Part shown: piece after piece, positions 42,722 to 52,543 of the stretch
Layout of the letters: every line of letters starts with the position of its first letter
Numbering within the stretch: the first letter of the stretch is position 1
Source of the DNA: an uncultured Gemmatimonadales bacterium
Lineage (GTDB): Bacteria; Gemmatimonadota; Gemmatimonadetes; Gemmatimonadales; GWC2-71-9
Direction: 5' to 3'
Assembly: GCA_963779755.1 (NCBI GenBank)
Contig: CAVZZO010000001.1
Location: 1,024,001-1,088,000 of the forward strand
DNA length: 64,000 nt
The notes under the pieces: model-generated
The model's input: the letters and a program-made list of their open reading frames with translations, nothing else
Database searches by the model: none
What the model was told of the DNA's origin: nothing
Made by a program: the position numbers and the translations under genes

Positions 42722-43500
42722 TCGCGCCGTCCGGCCTGGCCCTGGCCGGGATGCTCCTGGCGGGCACCACGGCGGCGCAGCAGCCCGGGATCTCGTATGG
42801 AGCCGGGCAGTTGAACGAAACCGGCTGGCGCCAGACGGTCGTCGCGGTGGTCACGACCCACGCCGGGCGCAGCATGGCCCGCGATACCCTGGAGCGCGAG
42901 GGCCGGCTGAGCCTCCAGGCGACGCCGGCAGTGGAAGGCCTCCGGATCCGGACCTGGTTCGACAGTCTGCTGCTCCGGCGCAGCTCCGCGACCGGCACCC
43001 TGCGGCCCGATACCGACGGGCTCATCGGGGGTCGCTATACCGGAATCCTGAGCCCGGACGGCCGCTATACGGCCTTACGGACGCCGTTTCTCCCCCAGGA
43101 AACTCTGGAGGTCGAGGACCTCTCCGGCGTGGCTGCCGACCTTCTGCCCCGGCTGCCCCCGATGCCGCTGCGCCCCGGTGCGCGCTGGCAGGACAGCTCG
43201 GGTACGCTCACCATCACCCGCCTCGGTGACAGCGCGGCGCTGGGCCGTTCCCTGGAACGCTACCGGCTGGAGCGGGAAACCGCCGCCACCGAGAGCCGGA
43301 TAACGGCCGACTCGAGCCGCTACGCGGTAAGCCGCAAAGAGACGGAGACCGGCGAATACGTGTGGGATCCGGAGCGGGGGCTGCTTCGCTGGGACCGGGA
43401 GATCCGCTCGCAGGCCGAGATCCCCGCCGGCGGCCCCTTCCCCCGGGCGGTGCGATCGGAGATCCGGCAGCGGATCCGGGTGGAACGGATCGAGGACTGA
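42718..43500 (+). CDS. hypothetical exported beta-rich protein (start CTG 42718 or ATG 42751)
   Basis: Signal-like LIAPSGLALAGMLLAGTTAA-Q; LPPMPLRPGARW, WDPERG. Confidence 0.7.
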   Translation: MIAPSGLALAGMLLAGTTAAQQPGISYGAGQLNETGWRQTVVAVVTTHAGRSMARDTLEREGRLSLQATPAVEGLRIRTWFDSLLLRRSSATGTLRPDTDGLIGGRYTGILSPDGRYTALRTPFLPQETLEVEDLSGVAADLLPRLPPMPLRPGARWQDSSGTLTITRLGDSAALGRSLERYRLERETAATESRITADSSRYAVSRKETETGEYVWDPERGLLRWDREIRSQAEIPAGGPFPRAVRSEIRQRIRVERIED

Positions 43501-43543
43501 AGGTCGGCGCACCAAGCCTGGCTGCGGCAGCCGCTCGGTACCC

Positions 43544-43573
43544 TTGACGCGGAGTACTTTGTGACGTAAAGTA
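43544..43573 (+). promoter_or_regulatory. sigma70 promoter with overlapping inverted-repeat operator
   Basis: TTGACG-N17-TAAAGT; TACTTT-N7-AAAGTA at 43555-43573. Confidence 0.7.
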
Positions 43574-43641
43574 ACCCCGATACAATGGCTCCGGAACGGC
43601 AGTCCCTCCAGGCCCAACTCTCTCCCCGAGGGGAGCACCGC

Positions 43642-45396
43642 ATGCGATTCCCTTCCATAGATGCCCTGGCGCGTCACGCGCGCTCGGCCCTGACGCGGTT
43701 TCCCTGGACCATGGCGGCGGCGACGGTGGCGACGGTGGCGGGAATGGTGGCCGTGGGGCACGGAGGCCGGGACCAGTGGGTGCGGCTCACCATGGTGGCC
43801 CTGCTGGGCCTGCCGCTCACGATGGCCGTGAGCCTGCTGGGCTGGCGCCGAGGCTGGGCCGGGGTGAAAACGGGCCTGGTCCAGGTGGCGGGAATCCTCG
43901 TGCTGGCGGCGTTCTACTTCGCCTGGCCCGGCCCGGAGGAAAAGCACAACGCCATTCGCTATTTCCAGCTGAGCGCCGGGCTGCACCTGCTGGTGGCCTT
44001 TCTGCCGTTTGGGGGCGAACGGGACCAGCCGGCGTTCTGGCAATACAACCGCCGTCTGTTCGAAGGCTTCCTGCGGGCGGCCTTGTTCTCCGCCGTGCTC
44101 TTCCTCGGCCTGGCCGTCGCCCTGGTGTCGCTGGACCAGCTGTTCGGCGTCCGGGTTCCGGAGGAGGCCTACGGACGACTCTGGATCCTGCTGGCCTTTC
44201 TGGTCCACCCCTGGATTTTCGCCAGCGGCCTGCCGAAGGAAGTCGGAGACCTGACGCAGGCGAGAGACTATCCCCGCGGCCTCAAGATCTTTACCCAGTA
44301 CGTGCTCACGCCGCTGGTCGCGATCTATCTCGTGATGCTGACCGCCTACCTGGGGAAGATCGTCATCAGCGGATCCTGGCCCAGCGGATGGGTGGGGTAT
44401 CTGGTGGCCAGCGTGGCGGTGACGGGAGTGCTCGGCTTCCTCCTGGTCCACCCGCTGCGGCTGGAGCAGGGCGAGGCCTGGATCCGGACCTACTCACGCT
44501 GGCTCTTCATCGGGCTGATTCCGGCCGCGATCATGTTTCTGCTCGCGCTGTGGAAACGGGCGGAGCCCTACGGTCTGACGGAGCTGCGGGTACTGGGATT
44601 CCTGCTGGGTGGGTGGCTGCTGGGGCTGGCGCTGTTCTATACGCTGCGCCGCAATTCCGGTATCCGGGTCATTCCGGTCTCACTGGCGGCGATTCTGCTG
44701 CTGTCGCTGTACGGTCCCGCCAGCGCTACCCGGATCGCCCTCAGGAGCCAGGCGGCCCGGCTGCGGGCCCTGCTGCAGGACGCCGGCCCGAAGGCGGCGG
44801 CCGAGGCCCGGACCCGGGAGATCAGTGCGGCGGCGCGGTTTCTTCTGGAGCACGGCGCGCAGCACGAGCTGCGCCAGGCGCTGCGACGGGGAATTCCCCA
44901 GGCGGATTCGCTGCTGGCCGGGAGCGATTCGCTGACCGACAGCACGGTGGCGGCGGTCCTGGGGACGGCGGGTCTGTACTACGAGCCGAGCGCTTCCAAC
45001 TCGCGCGGGTACATCTCGCTGTCGCTCCGGTCCGATTCCTCGGCCGTCGCGATCGCCGGCTACGATTATGAGGCGGAGGTCGGCGGCCCCGGCGAGCGAA
45101 GCGTTTTCGCTGGAGGGGATACCCTGCGGGTGCGCTCCGATTCCGGCGGGGCCGCGGTGGAACTGGTGTTTCCGGGAGCCAATCCCCTGGTGATTCCCCT
45201 CGACTCCGTCCTGCAGCCGCCCGCCCCCGGTGCGATGTGGGAGCGGCAGGTTCCGGCGGCCCGGATGCTGGTGCGGGCTGAGCGGGAGGACCTCCGTGCG
45301 ATGCTGCTGCTGAACTGGATCCGTGCCGAGCGGCAGGCGAATACCCTGCGGGTGACCGAGTGGCGCGGCAGGCTCTATTGGACGGGACGGGAATAG
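43642..45396 (+). CDS. DUF4153-like multi-pass membrane protein
   Basis: ALTRFP, FWQYN, YVLTPLVAIY, SWPSGWV, YGLTELR, SQAARL. Confidence 0.8.
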   Translation: MRFPSIDALARHARSALTRFPWTMAAATVATVAGMVAVGHGGRDQWVRLTMVALLGLPLTMAVSLLGWRRGWAGVKTGLVQVAGILVLAAFYFAWPGPEEKHNAIRYFQLSAGLHLLVAFLPFGGERDQPAFWQYNRRLFEGFLRAALFSAVLFLGLAVALVSLDQLFGVRVPEEAYGRLWILLAFLVHPWIFASGLPKEVGDLTQARDYPRGLKIFTQYVLTPLVAIYLVMLTAYLGKIVISGSWPSGWVGYLVASVAVTGVLGFLLVHPLRLEQGEAWIRTYSRWLFIGLIPAAIMFLLALWKRAEPYGLTELRVLGFLLGGWLLGLALFYTLRRNSGIRVIPVSLAAILLLSLYGPASATRIALRSQAARLRALLQDAGPKAAAEARTREISAAARFLLEHGAQHELRQALRRGIPQADSLLAGSDSLTDSTVAAVLGTAGLYYEPSASNSRGYISLSLRSDSSAVAIAGYDYEAEVGGPGERSVFAGGDTLRVRSDSGGAAVELVFPGANPLVIPLDSVLQPPAPGAMWERQVPAARMLVRAEREDLRAMLLLNWIRAERQANTLRVTEWRGRLYWTGRE

Positions 45397-45532
45397 GACG
45401 GGAAGAAGACGGGAATAGGACGGGAAGAAGACGGGAATAGGACGGGAAGAAGACGGGAATAGGACGGGAACCTGTTTCAGTCCTGCTCCCGTCTTTCTCC
45501 CGTCCTTCTCCCGTCCTATTCCCGTCCTTTTT
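45386..45532. repeat. alternating 11-mer repeat (GACGGGAATAG/GACGGGAAGAA) with inverted 11-mer array and T5 tract
   Basis: Seven full units plus a partial, 45386-45470; four inverted units 45483-45526; TTTTT 45528-45532. Confidence 0.93.
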
Positions 45533-47118
45533 CAGTGTGCCGGTCCTCCCCCCATCACCTTGCCCGTCCGGAACAGCAGCAGCAGCGGCAGCGCCGCGGT
45601 GAAGGTGATCCCCATGAGCAGGAAGATCTTCTCGAAGGCCAGCACGGACGCCTGCCTGCTCACCAGGTGATCCATCAGCGCCAGGGCATGCCGGCTGGCT
45701 TCCGCGGCCGTCTCCCCCATGCGCTGGAACTTGTGGGTCGCGCCGGCCATCCAGTTCTGCACGGCGGTACCCGAATCGGTCACGTGGGCGGCCAGCGCGG
45801 TGCGGCTCTGTTCGCCGAAGTGCCGGATCAGCGTGGCGGTGACGGCGATGCCCATGCTTCCGCCCAGCTGGCGCGAGAGGTTGAACAGGCCGGTGCCCTG
45901 GGGGATCCGGGCCGGCGCCAGGGTCGCGACCGCGGCATTGGTGAGCGGCACGAAGATGAGCCCCAGGCCCACCCCGCGCAGGATCATGGGCCAGAACAGG
46001 TCGTGCATGCCGATGTCGGTGGTAAAGTGGTAGTGCATCCACATGGCCCAGAGGAACAGCAGCACCCCCACGGTGATCGATGCCCGGGCATCGATCCGGT
46101 TGGCGAAGCGTCCGGCCACCGCCATGGTGGCGGCGCTGGCGAGGGCGCCGGGGAGGATCACCTTGCCGGTGTCCCAGGCCGAGTAGCCCAGCAGCGTCTG
46201 GAGGAACACCGGCAGGGCGAACACGCTGGCGTAGAGCGCGAAGCCGAGGATGGCGCCGAAGATGACGCCGGCGGCGAGCTGCCGGTCGCGCAGGACGTGG
46301 AGGTCCACCACGGGGTGATCGGCGGTCAGCTCGCGCCAGATGAAGCAGAGGACGCCCAGCGCGGCCAGCATCCCCTCCACGACGATCTCCCGGGAGGAGA
46401 ACCAGTCGTGCGCCTCGCCGCGCTCCAGCATGATCTGCAGCGCCCCGATGCCCACGATGAGCAATGCCAGCCCAAGCCAGTCCACCCGGTCCGACCGCTC
46501 CACCTTGTGCCCCGGCTCCGGCACGAACTGCCAGCAGAGCAGCGCGGCCATGATGCCCAGCGGGATGTTGATGTAGAAGATCCAGGGCCAGGAATAATTG
46601 TCGGTGATCCATCCGCCCAGCGTGGGCCCGAGCGTGGGGCCGACCATCACGCCCATGCCGAAGATGGCCATGGCGGTGCCCCGCTCCTCCAGCGGGAACA
46701 CGTCGAACAGAATGGCCTGGGCGGTGGAGATGAGCGCGCCGCCGCCCAGTCCCTGGACCACCCGCCAGAACACCAGCGATTCCAGGGTATGGGCGTTCCC
46801 GGCGAAGAAGGAGGCCAGGGTGAACAGGGCGATCGAGCCGGTGTAGTAATTGCGCCGCCCGAACCGGTCCGAAAACCAGCTGGTGAGCGGCAGCACGATC
46901 ACGTTGGCCACGATGTAGCCCGTGCTGACCCAGGCGATTTCTTCCAGCGTGGCGCCCAGGTTCCCCATCATGTGGGGAATGGCCACATTCACGATGCTGG
47001 TATCCACCAGCTCCAGCACGCTCGCCAGCGTGACCGCAAACGCGATCAGGTACCGGTTGCGATAGACCGACGCGCGGTCGATGCCGGCGCCGGGGAAGGG
47101 CAGGACGGCAGAGCTCAT
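45532..47118 (-). CDS. emrB: DHA2 family MFS efflux permease (EmrB-like)
   Basis: DTSIVNVAIP, WVSTGY, GPTLGPTLGGW, WIFYINIP, LERGEAHDWF, RQLGGS. Confidence 0.94.
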   Translation of the reverse strand: MSSAVLPFPGAGIDRASVYRNRYLIAFAVTLASVLELVDTSIVNVAIPHMMGNLGATLEEIAWVSTGYIVANVIVLPLTSWFSDRFGRRNYYTGSIALFTLASFFAGNAHTLESLVFWRVVQGLGGGALISTAQAILFDVFPLEERGTAMAIFGMGVMVGPTLGPTLGGWITDNYSWPWIFYINIPLGIMAALLCWQFVPEPGHKVERSDRVDWLGLALLIVGIGALQIMLERGEAHDWFSSREIVVEGMLAALGVLCFIWRELTADHPVVDLHVLRDRQLAAGVIFGAILGFALYASVFALPVFLQTLLGYSAWDTGKVILPGALASAATMAVAGRFANRIDARASITVGVLLFLWAMWMHYHFTTDIGMHDLFWPMILRGVGLGLIFVPLTNAAVATLAPARIPQGTGLFNLSRQLGGSMGIAVTATLIRHFGEQSRTALAAHVTDSGTAVQNWMAGATHKFQRMGETAAEASRHALALMDHLVSRQASVLAFEKIFLLMGITFTAALPLLLLFRTGKVMGGGPAH

Positions 47119-48224
47119 GAACCGGCTTTGGTATTGATCGTGACCTGTACCGACATGCCGGGACGAAGCGGGTAGCCCGGCTCGCTGCCCTTCACCCGGA
47201 TGCGCACCGGGACCCGCTGAACAACCTTGGTGAAGTTGCCGGTGGCGTTGTCGGGCGGCAGCAGCGCGAATTTGGCGCCGGTCGCCGGGCTGATGCTCTC
47301 CACCGTGCCCTGGAACTCATGCCCGCCGTAGGCGTCCACCGTGAAACTGGCCGGTTGCCCCGGGCGGATGTCCTCCAACTGGGTTTCCTTCAGGTTTGCC
47401 GTCACCCAGACGTCGCTCAGCGGCACCAGGGTCATCAGGTCCTGCCCCACCTGTACCAGCTCGCCCGGTTCGATGCTGCGCTCGGCGATGATGCCGGAGT
47501 CGGGGGCGGTGATGACGGTATAGCTGAGCTGCAGCCGCGCGTTATCCACCGCCGACTGGGCCGCGGCTACCCGCGCGCTGGCGCCCCGCAACGCCGCCTC
47601 GGCCGAGGAGACGTTGCTGCCCATGGCGGAAGCCTGCCGCCGCGCCGCCTCCAACCGCGCCGCGGCCGCGTCATACGCGCTCTGCGCGGCGTCGAGCTGC
47701 TGCGGCGAGATGATGTGCTGCTCGGCCAGGCCCTGGTAGCGCCGCAGGTCGGACTCGGCCTTACGCATGTCCGCCTCGGCCGAGGCCACGGTCGCGCCGG
47801 CGCTGGCTGCGGAGGCCCGGCTGCTCATCAGCTGGGCCTGCGCCTGGCCGGCTCGCGTGCTGCTGCCCGCCTGGCTCAGCGCCGCCGCGAGGTCGGCCTC
47901 GGCCAGCTTCAGCTTGAGCTGCAGGTCGCGCGAATCGAGCGTCACCAGCGTGTCGCCCGTCCTCACCCGCTGATTGTCGTCCACCCAGACGGAATCCGCG
48001 AAGGCCTGGACCTTGGGGGCGATGGGTGTGAGGTGACCGTCGATCTGGGCGTTGTCGGTGGTGACGTGGGTGCGGCCGTAGAGGTACTTGTGCACGCCCC
48101 AGACCGCCGCCGCCACGACCACGACGGCCACGATGATGAGCCGCAGGCGTCCCCGGCGTGCCGGAGCCTCGGGGGCAGACTCGGCCGCGGGATCGCTGTC
48201 CTTCATGCGAACTTGGGTTGCCAT
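47115..48224 (-). CDS. emrA: HlyD family membrane-fusion protein (EmrA-like)
   Basis: TTDNAQ, ANLKETQL, FALLPPDNATGNFTKVVQRVPV. Confidence 0.95.
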   Translation of the reverse strand: MATQVRMKDSDPAAESAPEAPARRGRLRLIIVAVVVVAAAVWGVHKYLYGRTHVTTDNAQIDGHLTPIAPKVQAFADSVWVDDNQRVRTGDTLVTLDSRDLQLKLKLAEADLAAALSQAGSSTRAGQAQAQLMSSRASAASAGATVASAEADMRKAESDLRRYQGLAEQHIISPQQLDAAQSAYDAAAARLEAARRQASAMGSNVSSAEAALRGASARVAAAQSAVDNARLQLSYTVITAPDSGIIAERSIEPGELVQVGQDLMTLVPLSDVWVTANLKETQLEDIRPGQPASFTVDAYGGHEFQGTVESISPATGAKFALLPPDNATGNFTKVVQRVPVRIRVKGSEPGYPLRPGMSVQVTINTKAGS

Positions 48225-48301
48225 GGCGTCAGTGTCTTTCCGTTCTTCGCGGGCGGGGGGGCCGCCCTGGGTTCGTCGTTATTCCGGCCGTCTCCGGCCG
48301 C

Positions 48302-49612
48302 CTACTGTACCTGGTCGAGAATGCCCAGCGCGCGGTACGCGGTTACGCGGGCCGACCCCAGCCGGACCTCCGCCTGTATCAGGCCGTCGCGGGCCGCGAT
48401 GACCGACCCCTGGGCGTTGGTCGTTTCCACGCTGCCGGCCACGCCGGCCCGGAACCGCTGATTGGCCTGATCCAGTTCCTGCAGGGCGAGCTGCAGCCGC
48501 TCCTGTGCCAGATCCACCTGTTGCCGGGCGGAGCCGAGGTCGAGCAGCGCCTTGCGCACCTCCGTCTCCACCTGCCGCGCCAGATCCTGCTCCCGGATCC
48601 GTTGCGCCTCCAGCCGGAGCGACTGCTCCTGCGCCCGCACCGGGCGCCGCAGGCCGTCGAAGAGTGGAACGGCGAGGCCGATCTGCACGTTCCACGAGCC
48701 GGCCAGCCCGCTCACGCTCTGGCCCGACTGCTGGTAGAAGCCGCTCGCCGCGAGACTGGGCAGATTCTCGTACTTGATGGCCTTGAGCGAGCGCTCCACC
48801 ACCTGCGTCCGCCGGTGCTCCGCCGCCATCTCGGGCCGGTGCCCCAGCGCGAACTCCACGGCGGAATCGGGCGGCACGGGAAGATCCTCCGGGGCCGGCA
48901 GGAGGGAGTCGGCCAGCGCCAGGGGCTCGGCGGGCGGCAGGTTGAGCGCGCGCTTGAGGTCCAGCATGGCCTGGTCGCGGTCGTTGCGGGCGATGACCAG
49001 CTGGGCCCGTACCGCCGCGAAGTTCACCTGGTTGCGGGTCACGTCAATCACCGGGCTCACGCCGGCATCGAACTGCTGCTGCGCCACATGCAGCAGGTCG
49101 GCCGATACGGCGCTGTCGGCCTGGCGGGCGTGAACGGTTGCCACGGTGCTCTGAGCCCGCAGGTAGGCCAGCCCGGCGGTGGCGGCGGTCAGCTCACCCA
49201 CCGACCGGGCGTCGAGGCCCGCGGCGGCCGCGGAATCGCCGGCGGCGCGCAGGCGTTCGATGGTCGAGGCGTTGAAGAGCACCTGCGACGCGCGAACCTG
49301 CAGCCGGTAGATGCTGAACGGATCGGTCACCCCGCTGGCGATGGGCAGGCCGAACTCGTCCAGGTTCAGCGTCTGCCGGGTCAGGCTGGCCGATCCGTCG
49401 ATCTGCGGGAGCAGGTCGGCCCGGCGCAGGGCCACCTTGCGCCCGGCGCCGCTGGCGCCGATGCGGGCCAGGGCGGCGTCGACTCCGCGCTCCCGCCCCA
49501 GCCTGATGGCCTGGCTCAGCGTCAGCGGCCCGTTGAGCGGCGAAGCGGGAGCCTGGGCCAGCGCCGGCAGCGGCAGCGCCAGCAGGAGAGCGGCGAAACG
49601 TACGGCGTGCAT
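48302..49612 (-). CDS. TolC family outer membrane efflux protein
   Basis: Signal peptide, LLPQI, YENLPSL, VPLFDG, RFRAG; operon context. Confidence 0.9.
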   Translation of the reverse strand: MHAVRFAALLLALPLPALAQAPASPLNGPLTLSQAIRLGRERGVDAALARIGASGAGRKVALRRADLLPQIDGSASLTRQTLNLDEFGLPIASGVTDPFSIYRLQVRASQVLFNASTIERLRAAGDSAAAAGLDARSVGELTAATAGLAYLRAQSTVATVHARQADSAVSADLLHVAQQQFDAGVSPVIDVTRNQVNFAAVRAQLVIARNDRDQAMLDLKRALNLPPAEPLALADSLLPAPEDLPVPPDSAVEFALGHRPEMAAEHRRTQVVERSLKAIKYENLPSLAASGFYQQSGQSVSGLAGSWNVQIGLAVPLFDGLRRPVRAQEQSLRLEAQRIREQDLARQVETEVRKALLDLGSARQQVDLAQERLQLALQELDQANQRFRAGVAGSVETTNAQGSVIAARDGLIQAEVRLGSARVTAYRALGILDQVQ

Positions 49613-49614
49613 GG

Positions 49615-50277
49615 TCAGTCCTTGGTTGCGCCGGCGGCGCGAGGAAGAAGGCCGTTGAGGATGAGATCCAGCGCGCCCTCCAGCACTTCCTCATCCGTCG
49701 GCGTATCGGGATCGAACGCGCTGAAGAGGCAGCGATGCTGGGCGAACTGGACCAGCGTGAGCGGAATGGTCCGGGCCACAAACCGGGTATTGACCGGGCG
49801 GAATTCGCCGGCGGCAATGCCTCGCTCCAACGTCTGAATCAGGAGGCGGCGGGAGCGGAGAACTACTTCGTCGAAGTAGAACCGGGCCAACTCGGGGAAG
49901 TGGCCCAGCTCGGAGTGGACCAGCCGCGACATGCGCGCCATATCCTCGCTCCGGACACTCTGCCAGAAACGCCGGATCAGCGCGATCAGCAACTCACGGG
50001 CGCTGCCGGTATGGGTGCGGACCAGCTCCTCGCCCGCCTGGATGATGGGTACCTTCCGGGCGCGGACCATCTCCCGGAACAGGGTCTCCTTGGAATCGAA
50101 ATAGAGATACACCGTTCCCTTGCTGACGCCGGCCTTCCGGGCCACATCCTCCAGCCTGGTCTCGGCATAGCCGCGCTCGGCGAACATGGCGTGAGCGGCG
50201 TCGATGATCTCCTCGGGCCGGGCATCCGGGCGGCGGCGCCACTTGGGGTTCTTCGGGCTTGTTTCGGGCGTATCCAT
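49615..50277 (-). CDS. TetR/AcrR family regulator
   Basis: FAERGYAETRLEDVARKAGVSKGTVYLYFDSKETLF; AGGAG RBS. Confidence 0.95.
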   Translation of the reverse strand: MDTPETSPKNPKWRRRPDARPEEIIDAAHAMFAERGYAETRLEDVARKAGVSKGTVYLYFDSKETLFREMVRARKVPIIQAGEELVRTHTGSARELLIALIRRFWQSVRSEDMARMSRLVHSELGHFPELARFYFDEVVLRSRRLLIQTLERGIAAGEFRPVNTRFVARTIPLTLVQFAQHRCLFSAFDPDTPTDEEVLEGALDLILNGLLPRAAGATKD

Positions 50278-50291
50278 CTTGAACAACTCCT

Positions 50292-50337
50292 AATAACTGA
50301 CCGGGCAGTAATGTATAAATGACTGATTGGTCGTCAA
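50292..50337 (-). promoter_or_regulatory. promoter of tetR-efflux operon with two putative TetR operators
   Basis: Minus strand TTGACG-N16-TACATT; imperfect palindromes TGACGACCAATCAGTCATT and TTACTGCCCGGTCAGTTATT. Confidence 0.65.
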
Positions 50338-50456
50338 GAGGGGGAATACGGGGAACGGGAAACCGCCCGAAGACCAAAGGAAAGACACGAAGACCGGGGA
50401 GAATGTGACTGCAGGGAGGCGCAGGGTCGTTTGTGCGTCCTTCTCCTTCTCCTCTC

Positions 50457-50485
50457 TTGCTGCACCCCGCGTGACGTCGTAGTAT
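50457..50485 (+). promoter_or_regulatory. putative sigma70 promoter of TPR-ABC-M16 operon
   Basis: TTGCTG-N17-TAGTAT. Confidence 0.4.
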
Positions 50486-50513
50486 TTCCCAACCCCTCCG
50501 TCGAGGCCTGCCG

Positions 50514-51632
50514 ATGTCGGATCGCTTCATGAGCTCCGACGACTACGACGAAACCGCCCACCAACTCTATAACGAAGGCCGATACGATGAGGCGCTGGAT
50601 GCACTGAACGAAGGTCTCTCTGTTTATCCCCACGCTGTCGAACTGAACATCGGGAAAGCCTACGCCCATCTGGCGCGGGAAGAATACGCCTGGGCCCGGC
50701 GCGTCTTCGAGACGGCGCTCTGTCTCGAGCCCGATCACGAGGAAGGGTTGGCCGGCCTGGGCGAGACGCTGCTCAAGTTCGGCGACCGCGCCGGTGCCCT
50801 GGCCTCCTTTGAGCGGGTGCTGGCGCTGGGATTCCAGGACGATCACGATCTCATGCTGCAGATCGGCCGTGCGCTCTTCCGGGAGTCGCTGCTGCCGCAC
50901 GCCGCCCGGTTCTTCGAGCTGGCGGTCAACGCGCAGACCGAATCGCCCGAGGCGGCCGCCTGCACCGGCTACGTCACTCACCGGTTGGGCCAGGATGCCG
51001 CGGCACTCTACTGGCTGCGCCGCGCCCTCGAGCTGGACCGTGAGCATACCGAGGCCCGGATCTACCTGGCCAACATTCTTTATGACCGGGGGGAATCCGA
51101 AGCCGCACTCCATCACCTGGAGCAGACCGTACCGGAAGACCATTTCGACGAACTGGGCCTCTGGCGCTGCATCGAACTCAAGAAGGCACTCTACCGCCTG
51201 GCCGATGACGATCCGGAGCTGACACCCTGGCTGGGCCGGCTGGAGGACCTCAACACCGTGCCCGACAGGGTGGACCTGCTCCTGGCCGAGGTGGAAGCGC
51301 AGCAGTCCGACGGCACGGTGCGCGATCCCAACCAGCTGGATCTGTTCGGCACGCTGGTTTCCGACCTGCACGCCATGCAGAAGCGCCCGATCATGACCGA
51401 CCAGCATCAGGTGGCCACGCTGGCGGGACGGACCCTGCGGGGCACCTGGGAGGAGATCCTGCTGCAGATGAAGGAAGCCGAGGGCGGCTGGGCCCACGCC
51501 TCGCTCGCCGAATACATGCTGTCGCTGGCCGAACGGGGACGGGCCGAAACCGGCGTGATTATTCCTACTACCGACGCCGAGGCCTTCATCCGGGCCAGCG
51601 CCCAGGCGGGCGTGTTGCGCATCATTCAGTGA
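50514..51632 (+). CDS. tetratricopeptide repeat protein with unknown C-terminal domain
   Basis: Multiple TPRs (GRYDEAL, GLGETLLKFG, YLANILYDRG). Confidence 0.88.
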   Translation: MSDRFMSSDDYDETAHQLYNEGRYDEALDALNEGLSVYPHAVELNIGKAYAHLAREEYAWARRVFETALCLEPDHEEGLAGLGETLLKFGDRAGALASFERVLALGFQDDHDLMLQIGRALFRESLLPHAARFFELAVNAQTESPEAAACTGYVTHRLGQDAAALYWLRRALELDREHTEARIYLANILYDRGESEAALHHLEQTVPEDHFDELGLWRCIELKKALYRLADDDPELTPWLGRLEDLNTVPDRVDLLLAEVEAQQSDGTVRDPNQLDLFGTLVSDLHAMQKRPIMTDQHQVATLAGRTLRGTWEEILLQMKEAEGGWAHASLAEYMLSLAERGRAETGVIIPTTDAEAFIRASAQAGVLRIIQ

Positions 51633-52543
51633 TTGCACTGCAGGGTGTCTCCAAAACCTATCGGGGGTGGGGCCGCCGCAATCCGGTGCACGCGCTGGAT
51701 GGCCTGACGCTGGCGGTGGAGCGGGGCGAGATCTTCGGAATTGCCGGGCCCAATGGGGCCGGCAAGTCCACCATGCTGTCCATCCTCCTCGGCTATATCC
51801 GCCCTACCGCCGGCACCGCGCTGATCGACGGGCGCCCCCCCCGGGCCTATGCCGAGTCCGCCGGCATTTCCTATCTCACCGAGTTGGTATCCATTCCGCC
51901 GTACTGGCGCCTGGAGTCGGCTCTGGAACGGTTCGCCACCCTGGAGGGGCTCTCCGGAAGCGAGCGGCGGGTCCGCGTGTCCGAGGCCATCGACCAGATG
52001 GGCCTGGACGAGCACCGGCGTAAGCAGGTGCGGCATCTCTCCAAGGGCAACCTTCAGCGGCTGGGTGTCGCCCAGGCGCTGCTGGGCGAGCGCGACCTGG
52101 TCATTCTGGACGAGCCCACCCACGGGCTCGATCCGGTCTGGATGCTCCGCTTCCGCGCCATCGTCGCCCGGCTGCGCCGGCCCTCGCGCACCATCCTGAT
52201 CGCTTCCCACAACCTCGACGAGTTGGAGCGGATCACCGATCGCGTGGCCATCCTGGGGCAGGGGAAGCTGCAGCGGGTGGTGGCGAGCGGCGGTGGAGAG
52301 ACGGGCGGGGCGTACCGGCTGGCGCTGACAGCCGATCACCCCGCCCTGGCCGAGGTTTTCCCCGCGGCCGTGCGGGTGGAGGGCCGCGCGCGGGAGTTCC
52401 GTGTCGAGGGCGATCTGGCGGCGCTGAACGGCGCCTTGCAGCGTCTGCTGGCGGCGGGCGCGCAGGTAGCGGCATTCTATCCGGAGCGCAGCGGGCTGGA
52501 GGCCGAGTTCCACTCCGCCGTGGGCGGGGAAGGAGGCAAATGA
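51629..52543 (+). CDS. ABC-2 type transporter ATP-binding protein
   Basis: GPNGAGKST, LSKGNLQR, ILDEPTHGLDP, SH. Confidence 0.93.
   Translation: MIALQGVSKTYRGWGRRNPVHALDGLTLAVERGEIFGIAGPNGAGKSTMLSILLGYIRPTAGTALIDGRPPRAYAESAGISYLTELVSIPPYWRLESALERFATLEGLSGSERRVRVSEAIDQMGLDEHRRKQVRHLSKGNLQRLGVAQALLGERDLVILDEPTHGLDPVWMLRFRAIVARLRRPSRTILIASHNLDELERITDRVAILGQGKLQRVVASGGGETGGAYRLALTADHPALAEVFPAAVRVEGRAREFRVEGDLAALNGALQRLLAAGAQVAAFYPERSGLEAEFHSAVGGEGGK

Noticed and set aside
45386..45526. Repeat arrays (also 42168, 33344, 8572) as CRISPR
   Set aside because: Units are 7-11 nt, contiguous, without unique spacers, and no cas genes are present
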